Positions 32,996 to 42,787 of a stretch of DNA of 64,000 nt are shown piece after piece (the first letter of the stretch is position 1; every line of letters starts with the position of its first letter). A program made the position numbers and the translations under genes. Source of the stretch: Prevotella sp. (GTDB lineage: Bacteria; Bacteroidota; Bacteroidia; Bacteroidales; Bacteroidaceae); assembly GCA_015060535.1 (NCBI GenBank), contig SUYH01000009.1:85482-149481 (forward strand), given 5' to 3'. Under the pieces are notes generated by a model. The model was not told the DNA's origin. It ran no database searches and worked only from the letters and a program-made list of their open reading frames with translations.

Positions 32996-34454
32996 GGTCG
33001 AACCTCCTATTTTTTCTGCCAAAGTCACGTCCGCCTCTTTTGTCGTAATCGCGTCCGCCCTTCTTGTCGAAGTTGCGACCTCCCTTGTTGAAAGGCTTTT
33101 TCTCACCTCTTCGTTCAAAGCGATCGCTACGTTCTGTCTTTCGCTCATTTTTCTTCTCCAGTGAGTGAAACTTAAAGCTGCGAATATCTGCACTCTCGTT
33201 CTCCTCCTGTTCGTCAATGCGCTTCTTGAATTCGCGGTTCTGCTTGAAACGTCGCTTCTCAGCCATCTGTCGCTTCTCTTCCTCCGTCTTGACGACACCG
33301 CCTTCCGAACGGTAGTCTCTCATCTTGCCGTCAAATATCTGATATTTGCGGAACTCACATTCCAGACTGCCATTGTAAAGAGGTATCTTGATGCTGGGCT
33401 TCAGGCCGATTTGGTCGAAACACTCCTCGCGATAGCTGAGCACCCAGGCGTCGTTATTGGTGAACTGATGCTTCAGTCGCTCACCAATCATCTTGTATGT
33501 TCCCAGTAGGTCTGGAGTGGAGATGCGCTCGCCATAAGGTGGGTTTGTCACCATGATACTCTTCTCCTTGGGTTGGGTAAATTCCTTGAAGTCACGCTCC
33601 TCGACAGTGATATCGCTGCTAAGTCCTGCAGCCTTGACATTAAGACGAGCGGTGTTAACAGCCTTGATGTCGACGTCGTAGCCGTAGATATGGTGGTGGA
33701 ACTCGCGTTCTTGAGAGTCGTCGTTGTAAATCTTGTCGAAAAGCTCTGCATCAAAGTCGGGCCATTTCTCAAATGCATACTCCTTGCGGAAGAGTCCTGG
33801 AGCCATGTTGCGGGCTATCAGTGCTGCCTCAATCAGTAGAGTGCCGCTACCACACATGGGATCTATGAAGTCTGTCTCGCCCTGCCATCCTGTCATGAGA
33901 ATCATGCCTGCGGCAAGTACCTCGTTCAGTGGGGCCTCCACCGATTCCTGTCGATAGCCGCGACGGTGCAGGCTCTCACCGCTGGAGTCGAGCGAAAGTG
34001 TGCATTTGTCTTCTGCAATATGGATGTTCAGTCTAATGTCAGGATTGGCCACACTGATGTTAGGACGCTGTCCCGTCTTCTCTCTGAATTGGTCGACGAT
34101 AGCATCCTTGACCTTATAGGCCACAAACTTAGAATGTCGGAATTCCTCTGAGAATACTACAGAGTCTACGGCAAAAGTCTTCTCCAGTCCGATATATTGT
34201 GTCCAGTCGATATCTTTGACGCCTTCGTAGACATCATCAGCCGACATCGCCTTGAAGTGCTTAATGGGTTTTAGAATACGGATTGCGGTGTGCAATTGAA
34301 AATTGGCGCGATACATGAGTTCCTTGTCACCAGTAAAAGATACCATTCGACGTCCCACTTGTACGTCGCTTGCGCCCAGTTGCGTCAGTTCCTTCGCCAA
34401 GACGGGCTCAAGGCCCATAAAGGTCTTTGCGATGATTTCAAATTGTTGTGTCAT
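32982..34454 (-). CDS. THUMP-domain class I SAM-dependent RNA methyltransferase (RlmL-like)
   Basis: SLHRRGYR, DPMCGSGT, TNPPYGER; start placed at MTQQFEII. Confidence 0.9.
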   Translation of the reverse strand: MTQQFEIIAKTFMGLEPVLAKELTQLGASDVQVGRRMVSFTGDKELMYRANFQLHTAIRILKPIKHFKAMSADDVYEGVKDIDWTQYIGLEKTFAVDSVVFSEEFRHSKFVAYKVKDAIVDQFREKTGQRPNISVANPDIRLNIHIAEDKCTLSLDSSGESLHRRGYRQESVEAPLNEVLAAGMILMTGWQGETDFIDPMCGSGTLLIEAALIARNMAPGLFRKEYAFEKWPDFDAELFDKIYNDDSQEREFHHHIYGYDVDIKAVNTARLNVKAAGLSSDITVEERDFKEFTQPKEKSIMVTNPPYGERISTPDLLGTYKMIGERLKHQFTNNDAWVLSYREECFDQIGLKPSIKIPLYNGSLECEFRKYQIFDGKMRDYRSEGGVVKTEEEKRQMAEKRRFKQNREFKKRIDEQEENESADIRSFKFHSLEKKNERKTERSDRFERRGEKKPFNKGGRNFDKKGGRDYDKRGGRDFGRKNRRFDHDED

Positions 34455-34588
34455 TAATTGATATGATGTATAAATATGGTGCAAAGTTAGTGTAAACGAA
34501 TCAAAATACAAAATAAATATGAATTTATTTTTGCTAATCCAAATCTTTTGTGTAACTTTGCGCTTGGCTCCAGTATAACTTAACCAAA

Positions 34589-35848
34589 ATGGTAACAGTA
34601 AGTACGATATTCCTTTTTGATTTGAGTGCCATGTTGCGTTTCGACATATTGGCATGGGTAATAGGCATTCCTTTCATTGCCTTGACGTTATTGCTGCTCA
34701 TCTTGCAGCAGCGGCAATCACGCGCTTTGGAAAAGGACTTGGAGCAACTGAAGAAAATCAAGCGCCACTCCATTGAGTATGAGCTGGTGTTGAAAGCGAT
34801 GAAGCTGAGTATCTGGCGTCTTGATGTTCCCACCCAGACGGTGACGTTTGAAAGCGACTATCGTGATGCTGCCGATACTGTAGTCTTTCCGCAAGCCTGT
34901 AGCGTGGAAAATGTTTTCAAAATGTTACTTCCACCTTATGCTGACCAGCTGCGAAAGACTCTAGAGGATGTCTCACTGGGAAAAATCGATAATTATCATC
35001 AGCAATACGAGGTCCGGATTCTCCATAGCGACCAGACTTACTGGGGTGAGTTGTATGCCACCGTTGATAAGCGTGACCTGAATGGCAATCCCTTGACGCT
35101 TGTTGGTACTTCTATCCGTATTGATAAGCGGAAGGAGATAGAACGTGCTCTGATAGAAGCCCGAAACCATGCGGAGGAAAGTGACCGTCTGAAGTCTGCT
35201 TTCTTGGCAAACATCAGTCATGAGGTCAGAACACCGCTGAATGCTATAGTAGGTTTCAGCGAGGTGTTGCCGATGGCGCAGAGTGACGAGGAGCGCGAGC
35301 AGCTGGTAGGCTTGATACGCCAGAACAATGCCCACTTGCTCCGTCTGTTTGATGATATGGTCCACATGTCGAGGTTAGAGGCAGGAGGTGAGGCCGTCAA
35401 GAAGACACGTTTCGAGCTCAAGCCTTTATTAGAAGAGGTGGTTGACCGTTTCTCCAAGGAATTGGACGAGACCCGTGTGAAGCTGATCCTGCAACCTGTA
35501 TCGCCGGACCTCCAACCTTATACGGATCGTGAGCGTTTGTGTGATATCTTGTGTCAGTATTTAGATAATGCGGTAAAGGCGACTCCCGACGGCAGCATTA
35601 CCCTTGGCTGTGAACTTCAGAATGATGTGCTCCGTGCGTGGGTGAAAGATACAGGAAGGGGAATTCCTGAAGAGCTGTGTAATGACCATCTCTTCGAGCG
35701 TTTCGTGAAAGTCGATGAGTTCGTTCCTGGCACGGGTCTTGGTCTGAGCATCTGTCGTAGCATGGCTTTGAGCCTTGGTGGAAAGGTGGGCATGGAGTCA
35801 AAATTGGGTGAAGGTTCGCTGTTCTGGGTGGAGCTTCCCGTGGTTTAA
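34589..35848 (+). CDS. sensor histidine kinase
   Basis: FLANISHEVRTPLN, DNAVK, DTGRG, GTGLGL; N-terminal TM and PAS-like region. Confidence 0.92.
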   Translation: MVTVSTIFLFDLSAMLRFDILAWVIGIPFIALTLLLLILQQRQSRALEKDLEQLKKIKRHSIEYELVLKAMKLSIWRLDVPTQTVTFESDYRDAADTVVFPQACSVENVFKMLLPPYADQLRKTLEDVSLGKIDNYHQQYEVRILHSDQTYWGELYATVDKRDLNGNPLTLVGTSIRIDKRKEIERALIEARNHAEESDRLKSAFLANISHEVRTPLNAIVGFSEVLPMAQSDEEREQLVGLIRQNNAHLLRLFDDMVHMSRLEAGGEAVKKTRFELKPLLEEVVDRFSKELDETRVKLILQPVSPDLQPYTDRERLCDILCQYLDNAVKATPDGSITLGCELQNDVLRAWVKDTGRGIPEELCNDHLFERFVKVDEFVPGTGLGLSICRSMALSLGGKVGMESKLGEGSLFWVELPVV

Positions 35849-35867
35849 GTAGAGATAGGGAAAGGAG

Positions 35868-36509
35868 ATGTATGTAGTATTAGCAGACAGGCAGGATATT
35901 ACCCGTGCGGGAATGACGTATTTCTGCGAGCATCTTGATGACACACAATGCCGACAAGTCGAAGACAAGGCTGAGTTGATAGAGCAACTACGCCAGCATG
36001 GTGATGCCGTTGTTGTGCTTGACTATACCCTTTTTGATATCAATGATGTTGACGAACTGGAGATTCTATACCAGCGTTTCCCATTGGTGCAGTGGTTGAT
36101 GTTCAGCGTAGACCTGTCGGCCGATTTCGTTCGTCGTGTCATTGCCATCAGTCCCCGTTTCAGTATCCTGTTGAAGGAGTCCTCTGCCCAGGAGATTCGC
36201 GAATGTCTCCAGTATGCAGGTCGTCATCAGCGCTATATCTGCCAGCGGATGGCCGAATTGCTCTTAGTACCACAGCAGAGCAAAATGGAAGAAGAGGTAC
36301 GGCTGACTCCTACGGAGACAGAGATTCTGAAAGATATCGCTTTGGGACTGACGACCAAAGAAATAGCCGAGAAGCGCTTTTCCAGTTTCCATACCATCAA
36401 TACCCACCGCAAGAATATATTCCGTAAGCTTGGTGTGAATACCGTCCACGAGGCTACCAAGTATGCGTTACGTGCCGGATTAATCGACTCTGCAGAATAT
36501 TACATTTGA
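35868..36509 (+). CDS. LuxR/NarL family response regulator
   Basis: Receiver-like N-terminus; HTH LTPTETEIL...TTKEIAEK...TINTHRKNIFRKL. Confidence 0.9.
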   Translation: MYVVLADRQDITRAGMTYFCEHLDDTQCRQVEDKAELIEQLRQHGDAVVVLDYTLFDINDVDELEILYQRFPLVQWLMFSVDLSADFVRRVIAISPRFSILLKESSAQEIRECLQYAGRHQRYICQRMAELLLVPQQSKMEEEVRLTPTETEILKDIALGLTTKEIAEKRFSSFHTINTHRKNIFRKLGVNTVHEATKYALRAGLIDSAEYYI

Positions 36510-36513
36510 ACAT

Positions 36514-36596
36514 AAAAAAACTAAGAATGTCTCACGACATTCTTAGCCCTTTTCTAACTAACTTATTATCAACTATTCATTACTCATTCTGAATTC
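36514..36596 (-). ncRNA. candidate ~80-nt small RNA
   Basis: Minus-strand TATCTTTG promoter (36609-36602) points at the hairpin ctaagaatgtc-gtga-gacattcttag plus T7 (36546-36514); the 5' end is estimated. Confidence 0.45.
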
Positions 36597-36653
36597 TGGT
36601 GCAAAGATAAGGGGTTTTTTATTAATTTGGTACAAAAAAAATAAAAAAACTCA

Positions 36654-36667
36654 CGTAAACGTTTGCG
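36654..36667. promoter_or_regulatory. putative LacI-family operator
   Basis: CG-centred imperfect palindrome cgtaaacgtttgcg overlapping the TTTG (-33) of the lacI promoter (tatctttg at 36686-36693). Confidence 0.55.
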
Positions 36668-36714
36668 GGTTTCTGTCTTTTTTCTTATCTTTGCTCCCGT
36701 AAAATACCTAAGGC

Positions 36715-37746
36715 ATGAGTAACAAGAAGCAACATCGTACCTCGTTGAAGGATTTGGCCGCAGAGCTGGGCGTTAGCATTGCTACCGTCAGCCGTGCTTT
36801 GCGTAGCTCTCCAGAGATAGGTAAGGAAATGCAGCAGCGTGTGAAGGATCTTGCCAAAAGGCTGAACTATCGTCCCAATCCTTTTGCACAGAGCCTGCGC
36901 AAGGAAGCGCCGAAGGTGATAGGTGTTGTTGTTCCCAATCTGGTTACCCATTATTATGCAGCCGTTCTCGATGGTATAGAGGAAGAGGCGCATCGTGCGG
37001 GATATAGTGTGATTAGTGCCAACAGCCATGAGGATTTTGAAGATGAGAAGCAGGCCATTGACAATTTTATCAGTCTTCATGTTGAAGGTATCGTCGCCTG
37101 TCTGGCTCAGACGACGACCGACTATAGTCACTTTGAGGAGATTTCCGATATGGGCATTCCTCTGGTGTTCTTCGGTCGTACCTGTCTGACTGACCGCTTC
37201 TCCAGTGTGACGGCCAATGGTGATGAAGCGGCCCAGTTGGCCACCCAGCACCTTATCGATACCGGCAGTCGGCGTATTGCTTTCATTGGCGGACCTAATC
37301 ACTTGGATATGGTACGCCGTCGCAAGCATGGCTATCTGGAGGCTTTACGTGAGAATCATATTGAGATTGAGCGCGATTTGGTCATCTGTGGTAAGATTGA
37401 CTACCAGTTTGCCTTGCAGGCTGTTGAACAATTGCTAAAACAAGAGAATCGTCCTGATGCTATCCTGGCATTTAACGATATCATTACCTTTGCAGCCTTC
37501 ACAGCGATCAAGAATTGTGGACTTCGCATTCCCGACGATGTGGCGCTGATTGGTTTTACCGATGATGTACATGCTGCTTATGTGACACCTCGGATGTCGG
37601 CCATTGCCGACCAGTCACGTTTGATGGGCATCACGGCATGTCGCTTGTTGCTTAAGAGTATCAATGGCGACCCGGCAGTGTATAAAGAGATTGTACCTCA
37701 ACAGCTCGTTATCCGCGAAACATCTGCAAAGAATGTGATAAAATAG
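36715..37746 (+). CDS. LacI family transcriptional regulator
   Basis: SLKDLAAELGVSIATVSRAL HTH, YRPN, IPDDVALIGF. Confidence 0.95.
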   Translation: MSNKKQHRTSLKDLAAELGVSIATVSRALRSSPEIGKEMQQRVKDLAKRLNYRPNPFAQSLRKEAPKVIGVVVPNLVTHYYAAVLDGIEEEAHRAGYSVISANSHEDFEDEKQAIDNFISLHVEGIVACLAQTTTDYSHFEEISDMGIPLVFFGRTCLTDRFSSVTANGDEAAQLATQHLIDTGSRRIAFIGGPNHLDMVRRRKHGYLEALRENHIEIERDLVICGKIDYQFALQAVEQLLKQENRPDAILAFNDIITFAAFTAIKNCGLRIPDDVALIGFTDDVHAAYVTPRMSAIADQSRLMGITACRLLLKSINGDPAVYKEIVPQQLVIRETSAKNVIK

Positions 37747-37861
37747 TTATCGGAAACGAATTATACCCCTTTTGATAACATTTTGTCACTCTCCTTTTGG
37801 GGCGTAATAATTATATTTGCACAAAATTTTCTAATTATTACAAACCAAAACAAATGTAACT

Positions 37862-40800
37862 ATGAGTAAAACATCTCTAAAATTTGTTGTCCTTGTCATG
37901 GCCATGTTCATGATGCAGGCAATGGGAATGGGGGCTGCTCTTAGTGCCAAGACGATCTCCGGAACGGTCGTTTCGTCAACCGACAACGAACCGCTCATCG
38001 GTGCTACTGTCCAGGTGGATGGTGTGCAGGGAGGTACGATCACCGATTTTGAGGGTAACTTCAAGATCGAGGCCAATGAGGGTCAGACCTTAGTAGTATC
38101 TTACATCGGCTACATCACCAAGAAGGTGAAGGTAGGCGGAGCTTCTGTTCTTAACATCACGCTCGATGAGGACAAGGCTTCACTCGATGAAGTTGTCGTC
38201 ATCGGTTATGGTGTCCAGAAGAAAAAACTGGTCACCGGTGCCACCCTTCAGGTGAAAGGTGAAGATGTTGCAAAACTGAACACCACTAACCCGTTGCAGG
38301 CGCTGCAGGGACAGACTCCTGGTATGACCATTATCTCCGAGTCCGGTCAGCCTGGTGAAGGTCTGAAGGTTAACATCCGTGGTTTGGGTACCACAGGTTC
38401 CTCCGGTCCTCTTTACATTATTGATGGCGTACGCGGAGACATCTCTACTGTCAATCCTGCCGATATCGAGTCTATCGACGTGCTGAAGGATGCCGCCTCT
38501 GCAGCTATCTACGGTTCTCAGTCAGCCAATGGTGTTGTGCTGGTAACCACCAAGAATGGTAAGGAAGGTCGTGCTGTCGTTAGCTTCGATGGCTATTGGG
38601 GTTGGCAGACCGCTCCTCGCAAGGTTAAGATGCTGAATGCCCGTCAGTATATGACCATCATGGATGAGCAGAACATTAACTCTGGTGGTTCTGCCTACGA
38701 CTGGTATGGCATGAATGCTGATGGAACCATGAAGTATGCCAGCATTTTCGATAAGGATGGCAATCTGATCGATACCGACTGGGTAGACCAGATGTTTAAG
38801 GACAATGCGCAGACCTACAGTGCAAACCTCAGCATCAGCGGTGGTTCGCAGAAGGGCAACTACGCTGTTTCACTGGGTTATATGAATCAGGAAGGTATCG
38901 TAGGCGGTAAGGATGTGTCAAACTATTCTCGCTACAATTTCCGTGTCAACTCTGAGTATCAGGTCATTGACAAGTTCCTGAAGGTTGGTGAGCAAGTCTC
39001 TCTTATATATTATAAGAAGAATGGTATCCAGGTAGGTAATGCCTATAACAACTCGCTGCGTGCAGCCTTTGGCACCTCTCCGCTGAGTCCCGTATACAGT
39101 GATAACGGACGCTATGGCAGTCCTTATAATGATACAAGCGACAGCGATTGGAACAACAGCGATGGCAACCCCTATGGTGTCATGAGGAGTACCAATTACA
39201 ACAAGACACAGAACTTCACCCTTTCTGCTAATGCTTATGCAGAGATGGAGTTCATCAAGAACCTGAAGTTCCGTACTACGCTCGGTGTGAAGTATGACTC
39301 CAACAACTATCGTTCGTTTACTCCGCTTTACCACTTCTCTATCTATAGCTACCAAGATACCCGCACAGGCGTATCACAGAGTGCAAGCGACGGCTTTGGC
39401 ATCACATGGACCAATACCTTGAATTACATATTCGATGTGAAAGACCATCATTTCGATGCGATGGTTGGTTACGAGGTATATCGTACCGAGGGACAGAGCA
39501 TGTACGGCTCTAACGGCTCTTTGCGCGATGGTTTCGATACTTGGCAGTATGCTTATCTGAGCAATGGTACGGCCATGAATAAAGAGGAAGGCCTCTCCGT
39601 CAGCGGAAATCCCTGGGATGAAGAGCGCATGGTCAGCTACTTCGGCCGTATCGGTTGGAACTGGCAGGAGAAGTATATGGCTACCGCCACACTGCGTTGT
39701 GATGGTTCAGCACGCTTTGCCGAGGGTCATCGCTTCGGTTGGTTCCCCTCTATCTCTGCAGGTTGGGTTGTCACCAACGAGAAGTTCATGGAGCCCGTCC
39801 TGAAGGTGATGGACTACTTCAAGATTCGCGCCAGCTGGGGACAGGTAGGTAACCAGAACATCGGTAACTACATGTATCTGGCTCCTATGGCCTTCGACAA
39901 CTACTATTATAATTTTGGCACCACACTCGGATCGGATGGTGATCAGTGGGGTGCTGTTCCTACTCGCTTAGGCAATGAAGACATTACCTGGGAGACCTCT
40001 GAGCAGTTCGACCTCGGTTTCGACGCCCGCTTCTTCAACCAGCGTCTGAATGTGAACTTCGACTACTATATCAAGACTACGAAGGACTGGCTTGTTCAGC
40101 CTCCCGTACTTGCTACTGTAGGTACCGGTGCTCCCTATATCAATGGTGGTGATGTCAAGAATACTGGTGTTGAGATCGGTCTGGCTTGGAACGATCGCAT
40201 TGGTAAGGATTTCCGTTACTATGTGAATGTCAATGGAGCCTATAATAAGAATAAGGTAGGTAACATTCCCAACGAGGATGGTATCATCCACGGTGCAACG
40301 GGTTCTGTGCTCTACGACAACTCCGGCGAGTTCTACCGCGCCTCTAATGGCGAACCCGTAGGTTATTTCTGGGGCTACAAGACCGCAGGTATCTTCCAGA
40401 ACGAGCAGGATATCAAGGACTGGATTGCTGCTGGTAATGGTGTTCTCCAGAGCGATGTTCAGCCTGGTGATGTGAAATACTATGATATCAATCACGACGG
40501 TTTGATCGACGAGAAAGACAAGGTGAACCTCGGCAATGGTATGCCCGACTTTACCTATGGTTTCTCTTTCGGTTTCGACTATAAGGGTATCGACTTCTCA
40601 GTGACGGCTAATGGTCAGGCCGGCAACAAGATTGTGCAGGCGCTGCGCAACCACGCTGCCGTCAAGGCTAACTACACCACTGCTATTCTCGACCGTTGGA
40701 CGGGTGAGGGTACCTCTAACAGCATGCCTCGTGTCACCAACACCAACGTCAACTGGCAGTTCTCTGACCTCTTTATCCAGGACGGTGACTTCCTGCGCAT

Positions 40801-41023
40801 CAGCAATATCACGCTGGGTTACGACTTTGCCAAGTTGATCAACTGCAAGGCCATCTCACAGTGTCGCCTCTATGCTCAGGTACAGAATGCCTTCACCTTC
40901 ACCAAGTATGACGGCATGGATCCTGAAATCGGTTTTGGTAATGATGGTTGGGTAAGTGGTATCGACTATGGATACTATCCCCGTCCTCGCACCTTCCTTT
41001 TCGGTGTTAACTTGAAGTTCTAA
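37862..41023 (+). CDS. SusC/RagA family TonB-dependent transporter
   Basis: LDEVVVIGYG, DIESIDVLKDAASAAIYGS..ANGVVLVTTK, FGWFPSIS.GW, YPRPRTFLFGVNLKF. Confidence 0.96.
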   Translation: MSKTSLKFVVLVMAMFMMQAMGMGAALSAKTISGTVVSSTDNEPLIGATVQVDGVQGGTITDFEGNFKIEANEGQTLVVSYIGYITKKVKVGGASVLNITLDEDKASLDEVVVIGYGVQKKKLVTGATLQVKGEDVAKLNTTNPLQALQGQTPGMTIISESGQPGEGLKVNIRGLGTTGSSGPLYIIDGVRGDISTVNPADIESIDVLKDAASAAIYGSQSANGVVLVTTKNGKEGRAVVSFDGYWGWQTAPRKVKMLNARQYMTIMDEQNINSGGSAYDWYGMNADGTMKYASIFDKDGNLIDTDWVDQMFKDNAQTYSANLSISGGSQKGNYAVSLGYMNQEGIVGGKDVSNYSRYNFRVNSEYQVIDKFLKVGEQVSLIYYKKNGIQVGNAYNNSLRAAFGTSPLSPVYSDNGRYGSPYNDTSDSDWNNSDGNPYGVMRSTNYNKTQNFTLSANAYAEMEFIKNLKFRTTLGVKYDSNNYRSFTPLYHFSIYSYQDTRTGVSQSASDGFGITWTNTLNYIFDVKDHHFDAMVGYEVYRTEGQSMYGSNGSLRDGFDTWQYAYLSNGTAMNKEEGLSVSGNPWDEERMVSYFGRIGWNWQEKYMATATLRCDGSARFAEGHRFGWFPSISAGWVVTNEKFMEPVLKVMDYFKIRASWGQVGNQNIGNYMYLAPMAFDNYYYNFGTTLGSDGDQWGAVPTRLGNEDITWETSEQFDLGFDARFFNQRLNVNFDYYIKTTKDWLVQPPVLATVGTGAPYINGGDVKNTGVEIGLAWNDRIGKDFRYYVNVNGAYNKNKVGNIPNEDGIIHGATGSVLYDNSGEFYRASNGEPVGYFWGYKTAGIFQNEQDIKDWIAAGNGVLQSDVQPGDVKYYDINHDGLIDEKDKVNLGNGMPDFTYGFSFGFDYKGIDFSVTANGQAGNKIVQALRNHAAVKANYTTAILDRWTGEGTSNSMPRVTNTNVNWQFSDLFIQDGDFLRISNITLGYDFAKLINCKAISQCRLYAQVQNAFTFTKYDGMDPEIGFGNDGWVSGIDYGYYPRPRTFLFGVNLKF

Positions 41024-41029
41024 ACCAAG

Positions 41030-42760
41030 ATGATTACGAATATGAAAACAAAGATATTTGCTATAGCCGCCATGGGGTTGTTGACAATGGGAATGACCTC
41101 TTGTGGCGAGAATTTCCTGGAGGTGTCTTCAAAGACCGAGGGAACCACTGGAAACTTTTACAGCAATGAGGCAGCCGCTTCGCGTGCCCTCATCGGATGC
41201 TACGACGGATGGCAGCGCACCGTGTCTAATGGTCCTACCTTCGCCTTCCACTACCTGTCAGAACTGTTGAGCGACGAGTGCTTTGGTGGTACAGGTAATG
41301 CCGACGCCCGCAACTCTGCCGTTGTCGACCGCTTCGACATGGGCGAGGACAACTCTCAGCAGAACTTGCACAACACGTTGTGGGAGAGCTACTATGCCGC
41401 TATTTATCGTGTCAATGAGCTGTTGTCTCGTTCTGAAGGCATCTCCTGGTCTAGCGAGAGGGCTCACGGCCAACTCATTGGTGAGGCTCGTGCCATACGT
41501 GGCATCCTCTACTTCGACCTGGCCCGCATCTTCGAGAATGTGCCCCTGCTGACCGCACCTTCTACCGACAATGTGCCCCAGGCTCCTGTCGACGATGTAT
41601 ACCAGGTCATCTTCGACGACCTGAAGTATGCTGCCGCGAATATTCCTGCCGACGCCTATCCCAAGGCCTCCTCTTCTACCAACGACGGCCGTATCACTTG
41701 CTACGCAGCAAAGGCTATGCTGGCTCGCGCGTACCTATTTTATACGGGTGTCTATGGCAAGGAGCCCGCAGGCGTGACCAAGTCTGAGGTCCTTCAGGGA
41801 CTGGAAGACATCATCAGCAGTGGTGAGTATTCACTGATTCCTCTTTACAAGAACCTTTGGTATTGCGCCAGCACCCATTGGGAAGGCAGCAATACCCTCG
41901 GATGGGTTGAAAAGACCACTTATGCCGGTGAGGATAATGCCGAAAACATCCTGACCATGAAGTTCAACTACACCTCCGACTATAACGGAAATGCCGGTGG
42001 TAACAACGCCATCCAGATGTTCTCCATTCGTGGTGGTACTTACAAGGCTCCTTACGGACAAGGCTGGGGTGGTGCTACCGTTCCTGCTAAGTTCTATAAC
42101 TCATTCCCCAATGGCGACCAGCGTCGTGATGCCTCTATCATCGACTTGGCTGCTGAGGGCATTGCCTCGATGTCAAGCTATGTCGAGAAGGCTATTCCCG
42201 ACCAGCGTGAGTATACCGGCTACTTCAACAAGAAGTACACCGCACGCTCAGGCTATCACAAGAGCGAGAGCGACGGTTCGTGGACGCTGACCCACTACTG
42301 GGATGGCTTGATGGCCGGCGACTTCCAGATTTCACAGCCCATCGGCTACACCCTGATTCGCTATGCCGACGTGCTGCTGATGGCTGCCGAGCTGGGTTCC
42401 AGCAATGGTGCTGCTTATCTGAATGCCGTTCACAACCGTGCTTATGCCACTGAGAATGCTGACGGCAGCGTCACCACACCTGCCAATAATATCGAGCTCA
42501 CCCAGGCCAACATCATGGAGGAGCGTCGTCTGGAGTTTGCCTTCGAGGGCATCCGCTACTGGGACCTGCTCCGTCAAGGTGTCCAGGTTGCTGCTGCTGC
42601 CATTGTCGCTTCTGGCGATAAGGTGCTGAACGGAGGTGTTGAGGGTACCGTAAGCTATTCGGCCCAGAACATCATTTCAAAGCGTGGTTTCCAACAGATT
42701 CCGCAGACTCAGATCACCCTGTCTAACAATGTTCTCAAACAGAACGAAGGCTGGAAATGA
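41030..42760 (+). CDS. SusD/RagB family lipoprotein
   Basis: Lipobox MTSC; GEARAIRG, AKAMLARAYLF, RYADVLLMAAE, ERRLEFAFEG.RYWDL, QNEGW. Confidence 0.95.
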   Translation: MITNMKTKIFAIAAMGLLTMGMTSCGENFLEVSSKTEGTTGNFYSNEAAASRALIGCYDGWQRTVSNGPTFAFHYLSELLSDECFGGTGNADARNSAVVDRFDMGEDNSQQNLHNTLWESYYAAIYRVNELLSRSEGISWSSERAHGQLIGEARAIRGILYFDLARIFENVPLLTAPSTDNVPQAPVDDVYQVIFDDLKYAAANIPADAYPKASSSTNDGRITCYAAKAMLARAYLFYTGVYGKEPAGVTKSEVLQGLEDIISSGEYSLIPLYKNLWYCASTHWEGSNTLGWVEKTTYAGEDNAENILTMKFNYTSDYNGNAGGNNAIQMFSIRGGTYKAPYGQGWGGATVPAKFYNSFPNGDQRRDASIIDLAAEGIASMSSYVEKAIPDQREYTGYFNKKYTARSGYHKSESDGSWTLTHYWDGLMAGDFQISQPIGYTLIRYADVLLMAAELGSSNGAAYLNAVHNRAYATENADGSVTTPANNIELTQANIMEERRLEFAFEGIRYWDLLRQGVQVAAAAIVASGDKVLNGGVEGTVSYSAQNIISKRGFQQIPQTQITLSNNVLKQNEGWK

Positions 42761-42787
42761 AGTTAATAAATAAAACGAAATAAAGTT

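Noticed and set aside
32996-33298. N-terminal extension of DPP-IV in the ORF track
   Set aside because: Overlaps the methyltransferase 3' end in another frame; a signal peptide starts at MMKIKSLL.
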